DNA of 34,858 nucleotides from Neolecta irregularis DAH-3 (Eukaryota): NCBI GenBank assembly GCA_001929475.1, contig LXFE01003532.1, positions 1 to 34,858 of the forward strand, read 5' to 3'. Shown piece by piece: positions 24,849 to 34,858 of this stretch (position 1 is its first letter; each line of letters starts with the position of its first letter). The notes under the pieces were generated by a model. It saw only the letters and a program-made list of their open reading frames with translations, ran no database searches and was not told where the DNA came from. The position numbers and the translations under genes were made by a program.

Positions 24849-25992
24849 ATGTTTGCAGCGAGTGCTTGTGCGCGTATCCGAGTGCAGAGAGCGCCGCTGG
24901 TGCGGCTCCCGGCTGCGCTTTTTTCTTCCCACAGAGCAACGGCCCATGCTGTCTTGCCGAAGCCCGTTGCCCTCTTTTCCACCTCCGGCCCGCCGCTTCT
25001 TACTGCCAAAAAGAATGCGCCCGCCAAACATGCGCCCGCCGCGCCGCCGAGAAACTCGCCGCGGTTAGACATGCCGCCGCCCGCCACGTCTGCGATTAAA
25101 AAAGACTTGGTATTCCTTCTGCAGAGCCGCCACTAAGGCGCAATAAGGGCACGTTCAAGGAATTCTTTGGCGACGTGCCGAAAGAGGCCATGGTTGTTGG
25201 GCTCGCCGGGACGCTGCCATATCTCGCCACGAGCGTCACCGTCCTCGGCTTGTCATGGAACAACCAGCGGGCTTATCAAGGCATCACTGACAGTAGCACC
25301 ACGAGTCTCTGCCATGCTGACCGTTGTAGTGTTCATCATCAGCCCCGAAAGCAGCGAATACCTCCTCCATATTCTTCAGCCGTTGCAGATCGGCTATGGC
25401 GCCTGCATCATTTCAATTCTCGGCGCCATCCATTGGGGCCTCGAATTTGCCGAATACGGTGGTCGGCAGGGATACAACCGTTATGCGCTTGGAGTTCTTT
25501 CTACAGTTCTCGCTTGGCCTACTGTTTTACTCCCGTTCAATTACGCTCTCATAGTTCAATTTGTTGGCTTTACAGGATTGTGGTACGCTGATGTCAATGC
25601 CACAAAGTATGGCTGGGGTATTTATGACCCTAATACATCTCACTAACGTTGTAGCGCCACCGTGGTACATGACGTATCGATTTTTGTTAACATTCATCGT
25701 TTGCACAAGCATTGTTTTCACGTTAGTCATGCAAGGATGGATCGAGCCACATAACGCTGGTTCAATTCAACGATTAGATGAACTTGGTGAGAAAAAGCGA
25801 GATGATCTGGAACATCTTCGAAAACTGACAAAGGAAGATAATCAGGGAAACGAACGACAGAAAGAGAATCCAATCAAGGACGAATCTAAGCACAGAGCTG
25901 TGGATGAATATAAAGACGAGACCGAGGCTGACAGTCAAGAAAGTTTAAAAGATGATGTCGCGGAAGGCAACACTACAATCGAAGAAAACTAG
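24849..25992 (+). CDS. DUF3429/TMEM69-like membrane protein, probably mitochondrial (alternative ATG 24813); 3 introns
   Basis: Arg/Ala-rich presequence-like N-terminus; GLAGTLPYLAT, QIGYGACIISILGAIHWGLEFA, GWAPPWYMTYRFLLT motifs. Confidence 0.85.
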
Positions 25993-28467
25993 TTATTTTT
26001 AGAGTATACAGATAAAATGAGATAAATTAGATTTATAAAGAAGGATGAAGCAGTGGGGAAGAGAAATTTTTATAGTCTCTCTTTGTAGTACCATAAGGAA
26101 TGAAGCCTCAAACTCTTGCTGTATTCCGGAGTCACTTTACTCTGCGCTATCTCGAAAAAGAATTTTGCTGGAATCTCATCCCTCCATCGCCCGACTGTGA
26201 AATACCCATAGCCATTATTGCATTTTATTATTTATATAAAAGTACCAATCTCCTTTCGAAAAAGCATACTTATCGATATGCGCCGAGATGGTGTGCTAGT
26301 TTTTACAGATGCCAAGGCAAATGAATTAGTAACTGCACTCATTTTTAATGTATACATAGTCATACCGGACATTATCTATCTTTGTAACTTGACCGAGTTG
26401 GATGTATGGTTTTCAAAAGACAGTGTTGCTGATAAATTCTCTTTTGGAGCGTATAAAACTCGTACACCCACACTGTTTTCCAGAAAACTTTTCATCTCTC
26501 CAAAACTCGTCTCGAGGTAAATGTTCTCAATTTTTCTCATCCATGATGAACCTGGATATCCATTCAAACTAGAGTATCTGAAGGTTAAGCCTTTTGATCA
26601 TATATATCTCGTTAACCTGACTATTCTCTTTATTTTCCCATTTTCATCCCACGAATGGTTGGCTGACTTTTCAGATGGATTGCGAAATTAATCGATGAAG
26701 AGAGCGTATTGCTTGTCCAAAGGTATGTCCTTTTCTTCCTTCTCAATTGCAAATGGCTATGATGATAAACACATTACAAAAGCTGGAGTTACCGGCTGAG
26801 AAAATAATGCTGCGAACGTATGCACTTATCTGAGCTTCTGTCAATTGTTCTTGCTTTCCTTTGCTCTATCACAGATCCTGATTGTCATTAAGGTTGTAGA
26901 TCATCAAGGTCGTAGACCTTGATAGGTTCTTTGTTTTACAGTATCTCGGATGAATTGCTATAGAGGTTGGTCTATTCCCGCAAGATTGGCGACTAAATGA
27001 TGATTATTTGATGACGAGTCTGATTGGGTTTCCCAGAGACGAAAAACTTTTTAACTACCATTCATGCATTGCTGACTCTCGCCTTTCTGCCATTTTAAAA
27101 TTATTTACGCAAGCTAATACTTCTAGTGATTAAAAAGTGCTGGTCGTGATACGAAACCAGGTCGTGTCCTCCCTGTGACAAATGTAAGTCATTCCTCTTT
27201 TCCTTCCTGTGCAATGATGAATAATAAAGATAAGCATATGTCTGAAATCTTTCATGAACGATCTACAATGTGACTCTGAATGCACTTTGTTTCGATTTCC
27301 TTTTGAGATTATAAACGCTAACCATTCTTTAGATGCCGGCCTTGAATATTTGATCTCGTCGCGGGTACTGAAGCTCAGTTGTGATACATCTATCGCTCGC
27401 GGTATACTCGGTATGTTTTTTGTTTTCTCTCACTTCCAAATGATGAGGTTTTCTACTCAATCTCACGACGGTCATCAGAATCTATATTTTGCTGAGTACG
27501 CCTGTGACAAGGCACCGAGTACTGATATTTTAAACACATTCCCTCAATCTTGAATTTCTAGCGGCTGACTTTGTAAGTCAAACAGTCTGTAGCGAGCTAA
27601 CTTGGTGTATTTTCATTCCTCTGTCTACTTCTTGATATGTTTCTAGTACAGTTATTAGTGTTATTATAACGCTCTTCCCATCACTTGCGATTCTAGTTGT
27701 CTGTCATTTCGCGTTGGGCTTGTGAGCTTGCTAGCGCTGTCAATCTAAAATATTCTTTGACATTGCACTAATTTCTGTCTTTCACAATGCATAGGCAGTT
27801 GGCGCCAGTTTAGACAACTTTCCTTGATCGAAGAATATCTCTCAATCTTCGATTTGGGAGTTAAAAAGACTCGAATTCTCGAATTTCCTACTAGTGCTTT
27901 CACAAAATATAGTCCCTGCCCAATGAGCCTTATCCACATCGAACATTAAATGAAGTACTCCGTTGTAGCCGGTGAGTCCATTTCACCATCTTAAAATGTC
28001 TAATAAGGAATTATTATTGGTTGAAGCAATAGTGGAAGAGGCGAACTTACGTTTGTCTGTATCACCATAGCGATAAACGGGGACGTGATCATTTCATTAT
28101 CAATCAATTTTATCATAACCCTGAGCGTGTTCACAGGGATCATCGATAGTAAATCTTTAGTCTCAGACTTCCTGCTCAAATTTTCTATCCTTAATCTCAG
28201 CAATTAATATTATATTTCTTTGTTGCTAAAACTAGCATGTGCGAATTTTGTATTGGCTAGAGTCAAAAAAGATGCAGTTTTGGTTTCGCTCGACCGTTCA
28301 CTCTTTTTCTCTACGAAAAGCTTGAGATTCGTCCATTGATATTCCAACTCTCTCTTTTAATCAGTCGTGATGGATGACCAGTTTCATTCAACGTGGCTTG
28401 AACTCTCGTGTCGGATCTCATCATTCAACAAATGAAGCCTGTTATTCCTTTGCCTGTCTGCCAACTG

Positions 28468-29311
28468 CTACTCCGATTTCCTCGAGGAGCAATATTTATA
28501 GTCATCCTGCATTAATCCCCCAGCACGCAAAATTGCAAAACGTAAATCTTCTAACCCTTGTTTCGGGTTCTTCAACGCCGAGCAAGCAATAATCTCGCGA
28601 AATCCATTAGGATTTGCATTCACCAGCTTAAAGCCATCTTCGAAGCGCTCTTCAAGTGTTTTGTTGCCGCCTTTCATATTATCCAGCTTAACCCATACGA
28701 GCTGCCAGGGAATTGAACGACGAAGGAATAGGTTCGCAATGGCTTTGTCTGTATCTTTAAACCCATGCGAAATATCAGCGAGTAGGAACACACGACGTAA
28801 ACTAGTACGTTAACATTACAGTTGGCAGAAGGCATTACTTGGGTCGTCTCGTAAGATATTCAAGAATCTCTGAACCAACTTTCTCAGATGCTGAAAATCC
28901 ATATCCTGGGGTATCAATAAGGGTCATAGTTTTAAATTTGTCATTGCCGCAGATCTGGAAAGCATTTATGCTTTTTGTAGAATTTCGTTTCTTGGAGGCT
29001 CGAACGATATCTTGGCCTAGTATACCTCGCAGCAGGGTTGATTTCTATCTGGGTTATTGCTTATGGTTATAGAGTGCACCTACCCCGACATTTGTACGAC
29101 CGAGAAATGCTACTTCAGGGACTGAGCTCTTAGGGATATCTGCATATGTATTGCTTGACCAAATGAAGTTACCCGATTGAACGATGGCTTTTGTTGCTTG
29201 GTTAAGTTGTTCAGGATGTGGATGGGGGATTCCTATGCGTGAACAATTCCAATGCGCATTTCCACAAAGGCTATTTAAGTTTCGGCCAACTATTGGGCGA
29301 GCAACAGACAT
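28468..29311 (-). CDS. EngB/YihA-type GTPase (Mrx8/GTPBP8-like); 2 introns
   Basis: PEVAFLGRTNVG|KSTLL (G1 split by an intron), LIDTPGYGF (G3), LRRVFLLAD, VKLD (G4), CSALK (G5). Confidence 0.9.
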
Positions 29312-29919
29312 CCAATTTTGAACAAAAATGTTATTGGTTGTTGAAACGCGGAATCACAACGAGGGAGCCCTAACAGACCTTAGGTATCGATCAAATGCGA
29401 AAGCTAGGATAGGACTCAATCTCTTCTCTACTGTAGCATTACAGGCTCTCTTTCCTCGCTTGTTTGCAGTGAGGCCAAACACACTATATTTTTATATAGC
29501 GTGAAGGGTTTGGATGCTGAGTTGTATATTCCTACCGGTGGTTGTAGACTGATTCGGTTCCCACCGGAATATTTTTTCTCTTCCCATTTTGGCTAATCGA
29601 CACGTTTCTACTAAATATCCAAACCCTATAAATCTTTAGTTTTCAGAATGGTGTGAGTAGTTCTTTAAGTGAACCAGCCTGCTGTGTCTTATATTTCAAT
29701 AGTTTCTCATCTCGTTTGCTTTATTACTGCATCAGGAATATATAGATGGTCAACTACAAAAGATTCCCGTTCGGAATTCATGACCGCATCTTGTTTGTAA
29801 CATCACAAAGTGGGTAGAGTATTAGATTATGGGAACCAAATAGAAAGGGTCATTACTAAGTTACATGACGAGTCATCTTTGGAAAGACCTTCGCATGTTG
29901 TTTTAATCTCGGCAGTGAA

Positions 29920-30543
29920 TCATCGTTTCTCCAAGCCAAACGCTGAAATAGTCCACTTCCCAATCTCATCCGGATCTTTTATCCAGTCTTTTGCAAACAT
30001 GTTTTCGCTGTCACCGTTTAGCTCGTCCCTTACCCGCAATACCTACTGTATGACTTTTCTTTGCCACCCGAAATCTCTCGCATATCCTTCTCGAATTTTT
30101 CCATTTGATGTAATTGCGTTCGGATGAGGTACTTCCCCCTGATATTGAACATGAGTTGACCTGAAATGGTCCTGCGGGTGCTCTTGCAACGGTCCAGTTC
30201 CTGCAAATGGAGGAATTGCAAACGCTGGGAAAGCGACCCTTTGAAACGACAAGCCTGTCAATCCGGCGGAAACCATTATCATCTTTTCAGGGGGATACAC
30301 GTAATAGCCGGAATTTGTTCTCAACAGTTTAGAGTGCTGGACCCCATTTCCTAGGCTTTCTTGCGATCCATACGAACTGGAACATGACATTTGGACAGAA
30401 CAAGAAGATCGGCCAGCTAGATGCGCTTGCAAGACAATAGGGTAAAGGGGTCGCAAGATCAGAGACCTCCTCGCCTTTTCAACAAGCTTTGTATGGTACG
30501 GTACCTCCTTTCTATTGATATGACAAGCGTTGATCCGAAGCAT
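29920..30543 (-). CDS. Possible spliced orphan gene, product unknown; 5' structure unresolved
   Basis: The 166-aa ORF can be extended through a 39-nt GTAGGT...CTAAAC...CAG intron (30046-30008) to ...KVIHENMFAKDWIKDPDEIGKWTISAFGLEKR*. No recognisable motif. Confidence 0.3.
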
Positions 30544-30889
30544 TCATATAGCAATCAGCCCTTCAATTTGAGGATGTTTCAAGCTTTCTCGTGGGAACAA
30601 CATGCGACGCTAGCATTTTGGACTGCTCTCTAAAGAATATGTTCTGTGAATTGATTGGTTATCCCTCCAGTTTTCAATTTACCCCTAGCTTTTGAAGGTC
30701 CGATCTCGACCTTAAGGCTAGAAAGAGGCCCACTCGCTTTTTTGCAGATCCATGTGCTTCATGACTCGTGGTCGGTCCATAAACTAATTCAGTAACTCTT
30801 TTCCTCTGTTCCACTCCTATTTTTAGGCCAGCGTTAATATACAGCTGCTTTACGAGAATATCCAACAGTATCACCTACCGGCTCTTCGA

Positions 30890-33800
30890 ATGATGCTACA
30901 CCTACCGCATTCACAACCAGCTCACACAAGCAAATCACCCAGTAGATACGCCATACCCGGAATACGATATCTTCCACAACTTGTTGCAGTCCTTGATGAA
31001 AACTGCAAAGTCCAGTGCTCCTCAAAAGCTTTTTTAGCGGAGACAAACATTCGGATAAATTCGCCATTTGGAGCATTCGTTGAGGATTATGGAACCAATT
31101 TCGAGGACGTCGTAAAGAAAATCGATGGAGATAAAGATATTGAATTGAAAATTCGCGGGAAACGGTACCAGATTAACGTTGTGCATTGGCGAGAGGGGCT
31201 ACTAGATGGGTTCACCATCACATTAAAGGGAATGAAGGATACCAAGCCCTTTTCCAATCTACAAAAACTTGACGAGGTATTGACTCAACCGAAATCTTGA
31301 CTTAATAGGTAAAGTTAGCACGAAACACTTTTCCCGAGGCAATTTATACAGTGTCGCTGGACAGAAAGATCATACCATTCAACTATAAAGCCTTTGAGTT
31401 TCTGTATGAAAATTTCGATAATTTCAGTAGCATGGAAGAACCAATGTGTATTGATCGATTTTTGGAACGCTTTGACGTATGGGACGGTGACATGAATGAA
31501 AGAATAAATCTTGATACTACGAATCTTCCCGAACTTTTTCAGCATGAAACTACTGGTGAGCCTTGAGAAAGAGACATACCGCTCAATGAGGTAGTCGAAC
31601 CGAGGAAGTATACAATTTGTCGGAATGATGTTATTTCTAGAGAATTTGTTCAGCTCGCAATCAAGATGGAGATCTTAGTGGACAAAGATGGAGTTCATGG
31701 TGCTCTGATCAAGGCTTTGCATTTTAACCATTGGGAGAAACGCAAGAATAACCTTAAGAGGGATGCCTTTCGTGGTCTTTGCGAGGGTTTGTTATCTCTG
31801 GTTGACCAATATCTTTCACTTAGGTTTATCGACTCTCGTCTATACGCATGATCCTCTTGGGCAATTGGATTATTTCAACAGTTATACAAGAGAGTGGCTA
31901 GGTTCGGATGTACCGCGCGATTTTCAAAATCGATTTCTTCATCCTGATGAAGAATTACCATGTCGAACGCTCATGATTGAGAATATTCATCAAGGCAACG
32001 CATACACTATTCAACACAGAGCGCAGTTCAAAGACAGTTCTTACAAGTGGTTGAATAGTGTTCTCATCCCAGTGAGAGATTTAAGAACCAAAGAGATTGA
32101 GTGTTGGATAGGGTTGAGCGTTGATATACACGAACAAATGTCGTCAGCTGAAAGTGGGATTCTTTTGTGATGTTTACTAACACGGTGGAGAAGTGAAAAA
32201 TTTTCAAAACGCTCTTAAAGTAGGAACACAAGCAATTACGTATTGTATGTTTGATCGGGAGCTGAAATTTATCGACTGTGTGAGTGAACATCTTAGCCAG
32301 GATGGGAGATGGCTTCCAACTGAATATGTTCCTCCCGAAATTGTCGGAAAGAATGTTCTGGGTCAAACCTGGACGGATGTCCATGGCTGGCGTCAAGAAC
32401 AGATTGATCTTTTCGAGAAAATATTCTCAGGAGGGTTACCCTGGACATTTTTCGAGCACGAACTGAACGGTAAATATTGGAGAACCCTCTTCATTCCCTA
32501 TACAGAGGCCGGAACTTCAGAGTTCGGGCCTGTGACTCATATAGCTGGCTATTTGTTTGATCACAGCCATTTAAAAGAACAAGAAGATAAGTTCTTCCAG
32601 GCAATACTAGATACACAAACTGCCGAGCGTTCGAGTCGCATGAAAAGTGAATTTCGTATGATGGCTTGATTCATTAGACTACTAAGATCTAGTCGCTAAA
32701 ATGAGTCATGAATTACGAACACCTCTCAATGTAAGATCTTGACTGAAATGTTTACCGACCATGACAGGCCATAATTCCCATGTCGGAATTGCTTTTATCT
32801 GCGCCATCGAATGATGAGCTTAAAGGAACGATCCAGATTATTTACAAGGCAAGTAAAGCGTTAATGGGCGTAATTGAAGATATTCTGGACTATACCAAGA
32901 TTGAAGCTGGGTAATCTGTAAAATTGAGACATTTTTTAATGTTGATTAGCAAAATGACTTTAGAAGAAACTGTGTTCGAGATGAATGCAGTAATCGACAG
33001 TGCAATAGCCATTGTAAAGCATCCTCTCCAAGAAAAACGTCTAGAGTTTATCAACCACAATTCGCTTCAGAATGAAGTTTTCCTCGTCGGCGACCCATTT
33101 CGAACCCAGCAGATTCTTATCAACATTCTCACCAATGCAATCAAGTTTACATACAAAGGTCATGTTTCAATTTATACCCTCATGAAACAGATATGTCATG
33201 ACAGTAGCGGTTCTGAGTGTTCAGAAGTTCATTTCATCGTTAGCGATACCGGAATTGGGATCAGTGAGGAAGCTAAGAAGAATCTTTTCAAAGCCTTTGA
33301 ACAAGACTCCTCAACTGTGCGAAATTATGGCGGAAGCGGTCTGGGTCTCTGTATTTCGAAGCAACTGGTTGATCTAATGCATGGCTCCATAGACCTGGAC
33401 TCCAAAATTGGAGTTGGGACCAATATCAAAGTTATTGTCCCATATAAAATACCTATAGCGGAGGTATGCCGCATTAATTTAAAACAAGATGAGCAAACTT
33501 TGAGGAAGCGGGCAACCCCCGATATCGATTTATCCACGATGAAGATCTTAGTCGTGGAAGATAATGACGTGAACAAGAAGATAATTCTGAAATTACTTCA
33601 CAAACTGGGATTTCCCGTTGCCGATTCTGTAAAAAATGGGTGCGACCTTCCGAGCTACGCAAATTCAATTTATTAGCGTTGAAGCAATATGTGCAATAAC
33701 TAAATGCCGAAACTCCAAATACTCTATGTACGACCTTGTGTGAACCATATTACTAAAACGGGGCTTATTTTCTAGGTCTTAATGGATTGCCAAATGCCTA

Positions 33801-34138
33801 TAATGGGTATGCCATTCAACACCCAATATGCTGAACTGCAAGATGGCTATGATGCTACTCGAACGATTCGTCAAATGAACACCATTCAGACGAGTAACCT
33901 TCCAATTATTGCCTTGACCGCCAATGTGGTCCACGGGGATCGAGAGAAGTGTCTTGCTGCAGGCATGAACGATTACATAGCCAAACCAATCAATTTACCT
34001 GTCCTCAGAGAAACCATCGTAAAGTGGGTTTTACCGAAAAAACCAGCAAGCGATGAGCGTCCTACAAAGCTGATGCCATCCTTCAAACCAACACAGTTAG
34101 ATGAAGATTCTGAGATGAAGATTAGGTCTGAAGTATGA
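30890..34138 (+). CDS. Hybrid sensor histidine kinase: PAS-like domains, HisKA, HATPase, receiver; ~10 introns
   Basis: PAS (FLHPDE...YKWL...WIGLSVDIHEQ); H-box FLAKMSHELRTPLNAI; N-box QQILINILTNAIKFT; G1 VSDTGIGI; G2 GGSGLGL; receiver ILVVEDN, VLMDCQMPIMDGY, PIIALTAN, GMNDYIAKP. Confidence 0.95.
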
Positions 34139-34781
34139 CAAAGACATGCAACTTTCTAAGATAAATTCGTGGTTAAGTTTTTGCGATCTCCTATTCCTTT
34201 TTTTTCGGGTTCAGGGTTTCGGGGTGCGAACCAGTTTTTTTGACACTTTCACCGTATGTTAGTTCTTCCAGTGATTCAACGTTGCTGGAAGATACTAGAG
34301 CATTTGTTCTACGAATGTTTCCCGAAATTGACACTATAAAATATTGTGTTATTTCCCCACTCAGTTCGATCCGAAAGCATCGAGTAATTGTGATCCCCAT
34401 GGAACGTAAGTTGGTACCATACGAACTATCAGGTGCAGGCACCCTTCTCGGACTCTTCATGACGGAGAAGATGCATTACCTGGAAGTTTGAGATTGCCAG
34501 GGATATCGTGGGGAACGGTAGCGCAGAATCCATCATACTGTCTGAGAACCGAACTTGGGTTATTGAACTCTTGTGGTCATAGCTCACAAGGGAGAAGAAG
34601 GGGAGAATGAGGCATATTCTTGTTCTGAGGATAGTGCTCAATTGATAATGATGATTATTGAAAAATGCAGTGGCAGAGCGCTATCCTAAATACCGGCAGT
34701 GTAAGCGTCTACCTATTACCAATACGGGAAGAAGGCTTGCAATAATATTGCGGCAATTAAAATTGTATTATATAATATAGA

Positions 34782-34791
34782 NNNNNNNNNN
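34782..34791. other. Assembly gap (10 N)
   Basis: Run of N. Confidence 0.99.
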
Positions 34792-34792
34792 C

Positions 34793-34858
34793 TTCACAGG
34801 ACGATAGATACTCTTAGATTGCTTATAGTTCGAAAGAACCAAAGTCTGTGTTGGTCCG
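34793..34858 (+). repeat. Exact 66-bp copy of internal VPS13 sequence 16052-16117, running off the window end
   Basis: ttcacaggacgatagatactcttagattgcttatagttcgaaagaaccaaagtctgtgttggtccg is identical at both positions. Confidence 0.95.

Noticed and set aside
24576-25099. Several overlapping ORFs on both strands
   Set aside because: Expected from local high GC (few stops); only the DUF3429 frame has protein-like support.
25281-25329. Additional GC donor (GCATCA) in the DUF3429 gene
   Set aside because: An in-frame GT donor (GTAGCA) 12 nt downstream gives a typical 37-nt intron, so it was not counted.
34191-34641. Short ORFs downstream of the kinase
   Set aside because: No recognisable domain or consistent splicing; could be decayed sequence but unsupported.

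Overview
Gene-dense fungal (ascomycete) nuclear DNA with about 60 very short spliceosomal introns (mostly 32-50 nt), so the ORF track fragments nearly every gene. An early-diverging, Taphrinomycotina-like lineage is an inference from gene density, intron size and protein style. Hand-spliced genes in order: 3' end of a hypothetical gene; a divergent pair of lineage-specific secreted proteins (an otubain/OTU-like probable pseudo-deubiquitinase and a PAN/Apple-domain protein) near pogo/Tigger-like TIR remnants; Jen1 carboxylate transporter; single-pass EGF-like membrane protein; nitronate monooxygenase; makorin-like RING ligase; LMW tyrosine phosphatase; VPS13; DUF3429 protein; EngB-type GTPase; PAS hybrid histidine kinase. 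Two signals stand out. (1) Very relaxed 5' splice sites: a GA-AG intron is needed to build the catalytic Cys of the phosphatase, a probable GG-AG intron restores a conserved monooxygenase motif, and there are four GC-AG introns (roughly 10% non-GT donors). (2) A signal-peptide-bearing otubain-like protein with Cys->Ser at the catalytic position, a candidate effector. All intron calls are manual and need RNA-seq confirmation.
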